A stretch of 63,277 nucleotides of DNA, counting the filler, from Collodictyon triciliatum (Eukaryota), in NCBI GenBank assembly GCA_043381765.1. It is 13 parts of 13 records of this genome, joined end to end, with 100 filler letters (N's around TTAATTAATTAA, not from the genome) between each part and the next. Parts side by side here need not be neighbours in the genome. Positions count along the whole stretch, not along the records: positions 24,730 to 29,570 come from JBHJMP010005712.1; positions 29,671 to 34,511 come from JBHJMP010005713.1; positions 34,612 to 39,449 come from JBHJMP010005714.1; positions 39,550 to 44,385 come from JBHJMP010005715.1; 9 more parts are not named here. One strand, 5' to 3'. Each line of letters begins with the position of its first letter. Position 1 is the stretch's first letter. Shown here piece after piece: positions 27,360 through 39,781 of the stretch. A model generated the notes under the pieces. The model was not told the DNA's origin, did not search any database, and saw nothing but the letters and a program-made list of their open reading frames with translations. The translations under genes and the position numbers were made by a program.

Positions 27360-29175
27360 TAGTTTCTGCGCATCGTCAGCTTCTTCTCCAGCACATAGAA
27401 CTGCTTCACAAAACTGAACGAATTAGGATGATAAACCAATGACAGAAGTGACATGCTCACCTCGAATTCACCCTGCTCGATCTTTTCATCATTGGGGTCC
27501 ACGCGTGTCTCGAAAGGAGCACCAAGCGGCCTTGTTCTCGGCTTCTTTGCCTCAGGCGCTTCTGTACGCTCGAGATTGTGGCTGTATGCATCGTCCTCAT
27601 CAACGTCATCATCCTGCTGCAAAGACTCGTACACGGCCTCGCTTTCAGAAGGTTCTACAGTGACCCATTGGCCTGCAGCGAAAAGTGGTGTCAATAGATA
27701 TCAACTTCGGTGGCATCGGCCGCTTGAGCAGGCTCAGTCCCAGAGACAAGAGCGAAGATGTTGAAGACTTTACGATTATTTTTTTTAAAAAAAAGGAAGA
27801 AAAGAAAAGGACATTAAAATAACAGGTAATGTAGATACATACGCATTATTTTTTTACCTATGTGACAAGAGGATATAAAATAATGGTGGATATGTTTGGT
27901 TATTTCCAAATATTTTAATAAATAAAATAAAAGACAAGGGGAAGAGCAAAGAAGAAAAATAAAACATATATGAAAAGGTCTATAATGTAGGCTTTCCTCT
28001 ACAAAATCATGGGGCAGTCTACAATGGTGGTGTACTTAGTACCAATCTCTGGAGCCTCGCCATCTCGCTGCGGAGGTGGAGGCACCGTTTTCTCTTTTTC
28101 TTCCTCTATGGTCTCTTTGGCTTTGTCGCTGCCTGTAGGAGTTCCGTTCTTTGGATCATCTGCGGGTTTGCCTGTCACAGGGCGAACAGCCCCCACAAGC
28201 TCAAGGGCCTGCACATATGCCTCCGTAACCCCGCTTGAAGTCCTTGCCGCGGGTTTGGCTCTCGGTTCTGTGTTTTGGCCAAATATTACTCATCCGATAA
28301 AGAAGAAAGGGGAAGGGATATGGGAGGGATTGAAATATAATCTCATTTGTTTCGGTCCACTGTTTTATGGCGGGAGAGAATGGAAATCAGTTAGTAACAT
28401 GTAGAAGGAAAAGAGGTTATCCCTTAAGACTCATATATTTTCTTTCTCTATAATATTATATTATTTAAAGAGTGGATTTTCAAAGCGATGTGACTATGAG
28501 CTTTCATACTTATTCCATAGTTCGATATGTCTCCCTCAGCGGCATCCTTTGCAAATGCTTCTAGTGCAGACTATATCATATATTCACACATATTCTAGTT
28601 AAATCTTTTCCAGATGAGCTAGTCTATTTCTTTTAGAATCTACTTTAAAAAAAATTAAAGACAGATAGTATCGTAAAGAGACAAAATACAATTATACAAG
28701 GGCTACTTTCAGGAAACTATGAGAGTTCATCCATATGGATCTATATACCTTTTTTTTTTAAAAAAAAAACGTTACCTTTTCAATCTCCTTCAAGTCTTTT
28801 AGTAACTCTCGCTTTGCCATATCCTCCTCTACCACCTTCTTATGCGCATTCTTCAATGCTTCACGAACATTGAATTTATGATTGGAGCCTCCTTCGTGTA
28901 GTTGTCGAACCTATGAGCAAGTGAATATGTTGATGGATGCAGAATATCATATTACTTTTTTTTTTTAAAAAAAAAAATACAGCATGCAAGAAAAATTGAG
29001 TGAGGAAGGTAGACAAAGCCCAACTTGCCCAACAAACGCACGGCGCAAAACCAACATATGAGCAACAAAGTAAGCAAAAGCCTCACAACTGCCAACTCAC
29101 ATGCTTGTTGTCTGACATCCAGACTTTGCAATGCTTGCAAAAGTACTTGGCTTGAGAAACCCAGAACTCCGTCAT
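27360..29175 (-). CDS. U1-C/matrin-type zinc-finger spliceosomal protein, WBP4(FBP21)/ZOP1-like; 3' end in N-gap
   Basis: MTEFWVSQAKYFCKHCKVWMSDNKH-VRQLHEGGSNHKFNVREALKN...LKEIEK-SALEAFAKD matches the conserved WBP4/ZOP1 N-terminus. A later exon carries GQWVTV. Confidence 0.85.
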
Positions 29176-29968
29176 CTTCTAGTTCTACACGCAATCCTGG
29201 CGCCGGAAGAGGGGGTTGGCCTGTCCGTTCGTGTAGGTTATCCGGTTATGAAACAACAGCGACGCTCTGATTCTCTCCCTTTGCCATACAAGCACGCGAT
29301 CAATCGGCTTCCGTGGTTATGGCGAAGGCAGAGCAGTGGCAGGTATATAGCAAGGCAAGAGAAGGGACCAGGGCCTTAAAATCATCCATGGGCCGTATCA
29401 AACCATCACACGCAGACTTTCAGCACCAGCATTGCTTGAACAAGAGCAATGAATCGAAGGCAATGTTATGTGAAGGGAACAAGCAGAGCGCAACCCACAG
29501 AACGCGCCGCCTTGAGCTCCTTCCCTCTCCTCAAGCCAGAGCATTTCGTCAAATCAAGTCGTGCTTTCTCNNNNNNNNNNNNNNNNNNNNNNNNNNNNNN
29601 NNNNNNNNNNNNNNTTAATTAATTAANNNNNNNNNNNNNNNNNNNNNNNNNNNNNNNNNNNNNNNNNNNNGAATGAGAAAAAGAATGAGAAAAAGAATGA
29701 GAAAAAGAATGAGAAAAAGAATGAGAAAAAGAATGAGAAAAAGAATGAGAAAAAGAATGAGAAAAAGAAGAAGAAAAATGAAGAAAAAGAAAAAGAATGA
29801 GAAAAAGAAGAAAAAGATAAAGAAAAAGAAAAAGTAAAAGAAAGATTAGCAACTTTTCTCATCGTGGTTTGCTAATATATTTGTGTCTTAGACCAGATCT
29901 CATAAAATCAATATCACAAAGTCCCTTAAGTTTTCTAGTCTCATACATAACATGTGTAATTATTATAG

Positions 29969-32900
29969 GCCCGATATATCAACCAGTGCCTTGGGGACAT
30001 TAAGGAGGAGCTGAAGAATGTGAGCCATGTAGTGAAAGCGCAAGCTCTTCAAAAGCTCTTATATGTAGGCGACTAATGTGTTTTAATGTGATGCTACCTA
30101 TTTCTTCACATCGCTTTGTGTTATTGAGGATATGACTGTGTTGTTTCACTAATATTAATATTTGATAACTGTCTACCTTTCCCCAACAATACCACACCCA
30201 CACGCGAAAACTAAAAAAAAAAAAAGCTTAAAATGCTTGGGTTTGACATAAGTTTTTCCTATTTTAACGCAATCGAAGTGATGAGTACAGGAAAGTTTCC
30301 ACAGAAAAGAATTGGGTTTGTCCGATATATCATTCTGATATACATTTTTTTCTGTGATTCTCGAAATATCAACTTATCCTTTGGATACCAGCTTTTAGTT
30401 TTTTCTCTGAAATATTTCAGACGGTTCTACTCTCTTTTTTTTAATGCGTGAATGAGGTGTAGACATATGACTAGCCGCGTATTAATAATTTGTCAACTTA
30501 GGTACTTGACAAGTACCATTTGCTACACGCCATCAACCGATTTTGTAATGCTTGTGACGAATTTATTCAAAAAGGTAGAAATCATGTAGCATTTGCATTT
30601 CTCTCAATAGTTCGACCAGTTTGTATTCCACATGACAGTGCCATAGTTAACTCATATATACAATAGGAATTCCAAAATCCTAGCAGTTATGATATCGGTC
30701 TAGCTTTGAACGGTGTGGCTTCATACTGCAATTTAGACCTTGCTGTTGACATAGTCAGGTGGGTTAACAACTGTACATGAATTATCCTAACATAGTTTTT
30801 TCAAAGGGGATGTGTGTGTAAAATAAAAAGAAAAATCTTTGGTTAAATTATGTACTTTTTTAAATGCCGGAGTATCACGAATTGTGACAATCAAAAATTC
30901 GAAAGACCAACATTTATTCTGATTAGCGACATTGTTGGATTATTGAGCCACTCAAATCCTTATGTGCGAAAGAAGGCCTGTTTAGCTCTTTACAAAGTTT
31001 TTCTCCAGGTTAGCAACTCACCTATGTTCCTCCTATATATAGAGTTATACTATTTTAGGTCCTTTTCTTTAACTCATAGGTTTTTTTAACCTATTCATCT
31101 AATGTCAATATTACTCTAATTTCACCATAGTATCCTGACTCATTAAGACCAGCATTTCCTAAACTGAAAGAAAAATTAGAAGACTCTGACCCCAGTAATT
31201 TTTTATATACTTCTACTGTGCTCACCGAAACAGAAGATTATGAATGAGCACTCACGAAATGATTCCCCCATTTTTAATATCTCGCACTTGTAGCTGTTGT
31301 TGCCTGTGCTGTTAATGTATTGTGCGAGTTGGCGAAGAAAAATCCAAGAAATTACTTGGCTTTAGCCCCAACATTCTTCAAAATACTTACAGGTAGATAA
31401 GAACAGCATAGTGTAATATGTATACCAAACCAAAAAAACCAAAAAAACCAAAAAAACAATAAGCAAAAGTATCTTTGAAAGAACTGATTATTATTTTTTT
31501 TTTAAAAAAAAAAATCTACCTATTACCGAAGGGACTACGAATAATTGGATGCTCATCAAAGTGATTAAGCTGGTACGTTAATCTTTTAGTCTTTTATGGC
31601 CATATATGTATATTATTTTAAAGTGATGGCCGAACCCTTCCTTCCCTTGAATCGAATAAAGGAATTTTTTCTATTTTAAAAAAAAGTGATGCCCAATTTA
31701 TGTTTCAACATGAGTTAGTTTTTTTTTTTCATTTTGTTATTACATATCTATTATCGGTTAACTCTTTTCACTTAAAGTGCCCGGCTCAATCAGTAATTTG
31801 TTTAGTTGGCTGTGTTAACTCCACTAGAGCCTCGCCTTGCTAAGAAGCTTATTGAGCCACTCACAAATTTAATGGTATTATGATTATTATTATTCCAAAA
31901 AAGTCGAGCATTTTTCTCTGCACAAGTAACTTCAGGAGAACCTTTATAGGAATATTCAAACCCACGGCTGCATAGTTTTAATTTGAGTATATCCACATCC
32001 TATTAATGCAAAAATTAAACCATTCGTATCTAGAATTCAACCACCGCCATGTCACTTCTTTATGAATGTATCAACACATGTACGATCGGTTTGCATCAGG
32101 TTCCCTACTATTTTGATACCGTTCCACACAGCGGCCGTAATCATAAAATTGATAAGAATATTGACAAAGCGAGCAATCATTCTAATTATAATCGTTGAAT
32201 TTGCTATAAAAAAGTGTTGTCTAATTGAAATACGTTATTCATGTTCTTTCAACAAAAGTATTTATCCAATCTGTTAAATTCTAAAGCACTTGCCTACAAT
32301 CCGACTCTGTGTTGAAAAGCTGCGTATCTTCGTTGAAGACCCCGACCAAAACTGTAAGTGCATATAATTTATTCGGGTTTATATCATTCCAATTCACTCT
32401 ATAATTCTCTCTGATGTGCCTAATGAACATATTTCTCTCTTGACCCAGTGAAATATCTTGGTCTCTTGGGATTGACAAATGTGATGAAGGTATGAATATC
32501 TGGATTTATTTTGACATCTATATAAGTACTAATTAAATGACAATAACAAGTGCGAAGTTACATTTGGCTTACCTTTTTTTCTCTTTTTCTTTCTTTCTTG
32601 ATTATTCAGCACCACCCAAAGTTGATTTCAGATTACACAAACCATGTTCTTCAGTGCTTGGACGATGAAGATCTCACCATTCGTACTCAGGCTATGGACC
32701 TTCTTATCGGGATGGCCAGTAAAAAAAATCTGCCTGTACGCTCATTTTCTAGACTAAATCATACATGGCATGCATTCTATTATCATGGGCTTTTACTTAT
32801 CTATCACTGATTTGTACAAGTCATTAAGAACGCCTTTTAATAGATTATTCGATTCTTTCTATTTTATCTCATATTTCTGTCTCTGTTTTGGGAATCGACT

Positions 32901-33728
32901 TGCTTCTTTCTTTAGGATATTGTTGCACGTGTGATGCAATATATGCAACAGGCAGATGAGCAACAAAAAGATGATCTCATATCCAAAGTAATCGCACTTT
33001 GTCGCTCTGATAATTTCCAGGTTAAAAATTGCGATACAAATAATCCTTAGCTTTATTTAGCTTTTTTTTTTTTTAAGCCTATCTTAAACGTGTTTGACCT
33101 AAGTTTATATGTATAGTTTATTTCCAGCTTTCCTTGGTACCTTCAGCTGCTTGTTGATTTATCTGGTGTATCTTCATCTGTTCATGGTAAGTTGTAGACT
33201 TTTGAGTATTATTCTTTATAATTTATAATTGAATATCGATCTCATCTGCTATACTTTTCTTCATAAGGTAACTTAATCGCCGAGCAATTTATCGATGTGA
33301 CTGTCCGTGTGAAATCTGTACAAGAATTTTCTGTGACTTTGATGGTAATTTGGTGGAAAATTATGTATATATATCTGTAATCGTACAACTCCATCTGATT
33401 TCAAATGCTTGCTGAAATGATTAAATTCTAACGATTTATAATCAGATTTCCATGTTGAAAGAGACGCGTTTCTTCGATAATCTTAAGGGAGAAAAAAGGT
33501 TTTTAAAGTGTTTTGCCTGAATATTGTTGAGTCATTATGCATACTTCTATGTATTCATATTTACTCATTCAACCATCGCGATACAATACTCAAGCACCTC
33601 AAGAAATGTTTTGGTATCTGCTGCATGGATTGTTGGAGAATTTCCTCAGTTAGTTTGCTTTTAGTATATCCCTATTAAGTTGTGGCCAAAAAATTTGACA
33701 GTTCGCTTTTCCCCCTTTTCTGATATCT

Positions 33729-33806
<78 letters not shown>

Positions 33807-34385
33807 TTTTTGTTTATAATACTAGTTTCATATTGAATCACACCGAAGTTCTTGAGCTCCTCCTTAATCTAAGGGTCGCCCGATTACCAGGTAATTTGGA
33901 ATCATATTATTTTAATGAAAATACAGTTTTTCTTCTTGCTTCTTCGCTGCCCCTTATTTTTCTATTTATCTTTGAGTATCTAAAAGTATCGAATACCATC
34001 TTAGAAAATATCCAATCTGCCTACTTGAATGCCGCATTGAAATTGGTTGTTAAGTCCATTGAAGGGAAAACAGGCTATGTATATTTTAACTCTATTGAAA
34101 AGATATGATTTCATAAGAAAACATGATAGTGATTGGTGCATGCAAACCCCACAATGTGATATCATCAATCCTCAACTACGTCAAGTACTTCATTCATTTC
34201 TGCAGTTTGATTTTTTTCTTCAAAAAAAAAAAACCAACTGAATCTCATCTGACTTACTATGTGCGATTTTACTAATCGGCAACATTTTCAAAACATCAAA
34301 ACAGGAATTCTCAAATTTACTCACTCTGTTGTCAACAAGCATCGAGCCATTCACAAAGAGTTTTCACACAGAAGTTCAGGAGAGG
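29969..34385 (+). CDS. AP3D1: AP-3 complex subunit delta, trunk region (about 20 exons), both ends truncated
   Basis: YINQCLGDIKEELK...KAQALQKLLYLKMLGFDIS...QKRIGYL; YVRKKA; YPDSLRPAFPKLKEKLEDSDP; AVNVLCELAKKNPRNYL; NNWMLIKVIKL; LTPLEPRLAKKLIEPL; TTAMSLLYEC; EDPDQNLKYLGL; EVQER. Confidence 0.97.
31620..31694 (+). mobile_element. Micro-retroposon insert with 12-bp imperfect TSD in an AP3D intron
   Basis: GAACCCTTCCTTCCCTTGAATCGAATAAAGG... lies between AAAGTGATGGCC (31620-31631) and AAAGTGATGCCC (31683-31694). Confidence 0.75.
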
Positions 34386-34413
34386 GTAAGCTCGTCGAAT
34401 TATCTGAGAGAAA

Positions 34414-34511
34414 ACTAAACAATAACTAAACAATAACTAAACAATAACTAAACAATAACTAAACAATAACTAAACAATAACTAAACAATAACTAAACAAT
34501 AACTAAACAAT
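34414..34511. repeat. 11-bp unit minisatellite (AAACAATAACT)n at scaffold end
   Basis: Perfect tandem copies are visible. Other scaffold ends carry similar arrays, e.g. (GAATGAGAAAAA)n 29671-29770, (AAAGAAAC)n 39550-39680, (TATGTGTTTT)n 44260-44385, (GGTTT)n 19788-19885. Confidence 0.9.
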
Positions 34512-35108
34512 NNNNNNNNNNNNNNNNNNNNNNNNNNNNNNNNNNNNNNNNNNNNTTAATTAATTAANNNNNNNNNNNNNNNNNNNNNNNNNNNNNNNNN
34601 NNNNNNNNNNNAATATTGTCCAAAAAACGGTGGGCAGAGCATTTATGTCGAAATATTATTCAAGAAAGGTAGGAGACTGGAAGGTAGATGCGCAGATTCT
34701 ATCGGATTCATTGTCTTCAACCAATTCTATCTCAAGAGAATTAGTATTTAGCATGAGATTGCCTGCGACAAAATTGAAGGATTTTACTTGATAAAAACAA
34801 CCGATGTAAGACCGCTATACTACAATTAATTTGTGAGGCACATCAAAATGAAAACGAAATATTTTTTCAGATGAACCACTTAATAATCACACTCAATGGA
34901 TATGGTATCGCTTTCGTTGTTTCTTATTCAGAGGTCTGCTCGGAAATAAGTTAAAAAAACATTTCTATATCAGTGGAGAAAACCAGAAAAGAAAAATGAA
35001 AAGTGAAAAATGAAAAAGATAAAAGATAAAAGATAAAAAAGGAAATGAAAAAAGAAAATAAAAAGAAAAAGAAAAAAAGAAAATATGGAAAAGATAAAAG
35101 ATAAATGA

Positions 35109-35555
35109 TTTTTTCCTTTATTCGATTCATAGTGCAACAAGGTTATGCCATACAAAGGGGCGGGATGGGAGCGCATGAGAGAGAGCAAACGCGAGTAGGG
35201 GAAGACACTACCGTGGAGAGGGTAGCACTGGAATGAAATCAGTGATAGCGAGTTGGTCAGGAGGGCGCCCCAAGTGGTTGATTGGTTGCGTGGGTAGCGG
35301 GGGTTGGATATGCTGTGAGATATCACACGACACATTCCCACATCTCTCTTTGCTTGCGGTGAGAGTAGCTGGGACGTGCGGGCTTGCTTCCAGCTTTTGA
35401 CTATCGGCGGGTCAATAATGCCTATAGTTTGGGCCAATCGACTCATTTTCTACAGTATGTAAGGATTCGGACTAGTGATTTCATATCGAAACAGCTTGGA
35501 ATATGGAATAGTCATCGAGAAATTGCGGAGAGTCGAGTGTGTTTGGCCGTCTATG
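35109..35555 (-). mobile_element. Longer (about 450 bp) LINE-derived copy, apparently internally deleted, ending in the family tail
   Basis: The minus strand encodes KSWKQARTSQLLS, homologous to ASWRQARTPQVLP at 26250, and ends ...GCACTATGAATCGAATAAAGGAAAAAA. Its last about 115 bp align with 57875-57992. Confidence 0.7.
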
Positions 35556-36853
35556 GTGTAAAAAAAAAAAAGCAACTTAATACCTTCAGTCGTACAATTT
35601 AGAATCTTAACTGGTCTGTCTGGTCGAATGGGATGAACTCGTTGAAAAAATGCCTTTATCCCGCCATTTGCTCAATACCAATTTATTGGATTTCACATCG
35701 TAATCGATGCGAGTGTGCAATTGGGTTGGAAATCCTTTAGTAAGATATTTTAGTGTTCACGCGTGCGATACAACCCATTCGATTGCACCCAAATTCATAT
35801 TGATAAAAATACCGACTAATAGAAAAAAATGAGGCATAGAAAATTTAGGACATATTCTTGATAAATAATCCAAAAAATGAAATGAGTGTATATAATGATA
35901 ATTAATCGACAGATATTTACTTGTGTACCGCCTTGTCCAAGTGATGTCCATCCAAATAAAGGCTAGCGAACCAAGGCAACGCCGCCCATCCTGCATAAAG
36001 TAAAAGCAGCAATTTATATATGATAATTAATAGATATTGAAATACATTAATTGCAAAAAAATTATATTTACCATAACAATCACTACTAAATATCTGTTAA
36101 ATTAGGAGGCATTCTGCTACCAACAGCACGAAAGGACAATGACTGAATGAAAATACACATTCACTTGTATGCATATATTTTGATGTCAGGTCGGAGCTAA
36201 ACATTTACTACCAGGCAAGTTTTTTTTTTTTAATTAAAAACAAGTATCAGACTGATTTGTTCAACTATTTTTTTCTTTTTCGACAGTCAGTCCCACCCCT
36301 CACAACACTTCTAAGTATCTATGTCCCTCACAGCCGCGTCGCTCTTTTTGTGTGTTCTGTCACGCGCATTCACTTAGCAAATAAAAAGTATGCAAGACAC
36401 TCACAAAAATCCAGCACACTCGCCTGCACAGCCCCGCCTCATTCTTGTCATGACGTCTAACCGAACGGATATTTCTGAAGAGCTTGCAAAGATCTGGTAG
36501 TTTCCCGAAATTTCTCTTTTAAAGGCTCCGCGACTGTACAGCTACTCCAAATTAATTTAAAAATTAAAAAAATTAACCTTATACTAACCAGGGTTTTCCC
36601 GTTGACATATAAATGAAATACAACTTTGGAACAAGTTTTATTCTCGTGAGAAAAACCATGTTTGACAAACTAAAACAATTTGGTGTCTAAAACAACACGA
36701 TATATTTTCATTAATGTTGGAATAAAAAGAGGCTAAAAGCGATGTGCGCAGATGGAGAGGCTTACAACACAAATTCAAGCGCCCATAAATCTGAAGCTCT
36801 GAATGAAACACATTTGCAGACATGCCATAAGAAGGGCATCGTGTAGCGTCTCA

Positions 36854-37292
36854 TCACTTCCTTTCCTGAAAAGATACATGACATAATAGTGAGAAACACA
36901 TACACGCTCTGCAACTCTACTACATGTAGGCACGTACATACGAGATGGTACACGGCCAACATACTGCCCTCAGGTCGATATCCCAGATTGAACCTGCAAC
37001 ATTGAGAAACGCATAAAAACGAAGAATCAGCAAGTTAGTAAATTTTTTCATCCTTCGCAATTCATTTCCTGACTACACTACATGAAACATATCACTCAAA
37101 CGACCCATCACCTGATACATGCCTCTCAGAAAAGAACACGGACTTCTTGACCACACACTTTGAGAGAAACATGAAAAATATCTTGGGCACGGCTGCCTTT
37201 GGTTTGGTCATGAAGTGTAGTCGAAGGAGAGCCTCTTTACCGTTAAGAAGGGTGAGTGGCATATCTCTCTTTGCAGCTGCCAAAGGCTCTGG
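36854..37292 (-). CDS. Hypothetical spliced gene fragment
   Basis: Phase-consistent GT-AG exons PEPLAAAKRDMPL...SGDGSF-EFNLGYRPEGSMLAVYHL-ERK*; no recognised domain. Confidence 0.3.
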
Positions 37293-39781
37293 CTGAGAAA
37301 AAGGGCAGCATCATGTTCGAGCTGCAGCACCACCCAAATACCATGGCGTTCTACGACTTCGGATTCTGGGGCAACCACCTGCTCTTTCCATGGAGTCTGC
37401 AGAAGCCGAAGAGCTCTGCTTGTTCATAAAAAATTACATGGCACTTAGACGACATCACCTCAAATATGGCATGCATACAATTCAAGGCCTTTTATACCTG
37501 GATTCACATGGCCGAAGGTTTACCCAGCGCCGTGACCTCAAGATCTAAAACTTCCTGCTTGTGAACGGCATTTCCGAGCTGAACGACATCAGCCTTGTAA
37601 AATTGGCGCGTCCATCAACTCGGTTGAGTGGCTTCAAAGGCTCAAAGAACTTGTCACCGAGGCCTTTCGAGATTGGAAAAGGTATTGGGCTGCCTAGTGA
37701 TACCAACTCGTATGAGATGGTCTTCTGGTCTATCTTGAGTAAAGTATATTAATATGAGGCATCACTATAGAATGAGGTCAGCACAAGAGCCATGGGCGGT
37801 GAATTTCCTCCTCTCTCCCATCGCATCATGTCCTTCTTGACTCGCAGTTCTGAACCACATACGCTGGGATAGAAAGTATGAAGCTCGCATCAATTCCCGA
37901 CAGATCAAGGCTGAGCTCAAAGAGCTTCACCACCATCAAACCGGTTGTAATCATGGTCACCCCAAGAATGGGCTTTGTCAGCGTCGCGAAAGCCGTAGAG
38001 CTTATCACTTATCTCGAGAAGTCCACTACAAAGTTGCGTCCAAATCTGAAAATACAAATGAGATAAGCAACTCGAGTTTGATATCCTCATCGACGAGCAT
38101 GTGAGTGTTCTTATTTAGAGTTCAACATCTTCCCCATGCAAGCTGTACTAATATTAGAGGAGACCATACAGTCGCAAGCTCGGCATTTCAGAACCATCTC
38201 TCATTTCATTTGTTATAATTTGCGGGTTTGGGGCTTCTGCTCAGCCTCTCGTTGATTTGTGTCCTTATTGCCCATACATCCCTGACGCATACTCAGCATA
38301 ATAATTATTCTGTCAGAAACTCTGCAGCTTTGCTTCTTTGTTGATATAATAGTAAGTGGGAAGGCAAAATAAAAAAAACTTTCATAAAGCGTACATGTGA
38401 ACAAAAGCAGATTGAACTGAGGCAAAAGCATCTGAATAATTCCATAAATAGGAATAATCTAAAATATACAAAAGCGGATATTATATAGTATATTTAATTT
38501 TTTCGACATTAATATTCGATTGATTTAATTATGATGCAATTATTAAATCGCATGTTGCATTAATGATGATATATACAAATTTCACAGAATTTCACTACAT
38601 GTTCGGTATTCAGAATGCGCATCCATTTATCACATGCGCTAATCAGGAACAACCCACAAGTTCAAGGAATCGGGGCTACCGAATGCTATGATGATAGTAA
38701 AAATAGCTAATGACCCGAAACAGAACAGCATCGTTGGTTAAAATAGCACTAGTTATCTAAAAGGTGCAGTGTCTCTTTTCAGAATTTGGTCTATTTCTTT
38801 GAATGGTTCAAGAATTGTGGCAAATTTATCACTCTAATTTGGAAAAAAACAAAAACTTCCTTCGCATTTGTTCGTTTTTACTGAATTATAAGTTTGATTA
38901 TCTTATTTCGAAAAAATTCTAAGAATCCTCGTAGAAATCCAAAAGCCAATCAAATCTGGAAATATTATAAATTGGAAAATATAATTAATGTATTATTAAA
39001 ATTTAAGGAAATCATAGAACTGGGAAACGTATTAAATATACCTAGCGCAATATTTCATCTCATGCTTTTTTATATTCGCGAACACTCACTGCCCTCAATT
39101 ACTGCTGTCACTAATTGTTGATTCACTAAAGCACGCGAATGCAGTATCCTATCATATGTAGATTAGACGCAACAATATTGCATGTCTTTCTATCTTTAAT
39201 TAAAACAGCCCCACCCTCGTCAATACTTTTACAAAAAAGAGGCAATTGTGCGCATTACAGATGGTAGATCGTTTGTGCCTGATGATTGAAGAGAAAAGAC
39301 GGTTGAGAAATAGCGGAGACGATTGGATTTTGGGCGAGTGAGGCGACATATCGACAGGATATATGGGTAAATAACAGTGAATCTATTTGGAAATCAAGCA
39401 TTCATTTGCCTCAGGTTTCCTGATTGCTACCTGCCAGGATTGTTTAAACNNNNNNNNNNNNNNNNNNNNNNNNNNNNNNNNNNNNNNNNNNNNTTAATTA
39501 ATTAANNNNNNNNNNNNNNNNNNNNNNNNNNNNNNNNNNNNNNNNNNNNACAAAGAAACAAAGAAACAAAGAAACAAAGAAACAAAGAAACAAAGAAACA
39601 AAGAAACAAAGAAACAAAGAAACAAAGAAACAAAGAAACAAAGAAACAAAGAAAGAAACAAAGAAACAAAGAAACAAAGAAAGAGTCTAATAATTCGGTA
39701 AATGAATAAGTTCATGGTGATGGTCACAAGGACATCTTTTAGAAGCCGGTGGTGCAAAGGCTTGCAAGAGTTTTTACATAC

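Noticed and set aside
36800-36890. SDETLHDALLMAC on the minus strand as a LINE zinc knuckle
   Set aside because: The key His/Cys spacing is poor, and the region is explained at least as well as the terminal exon and 3' UTR of a spliced gene.
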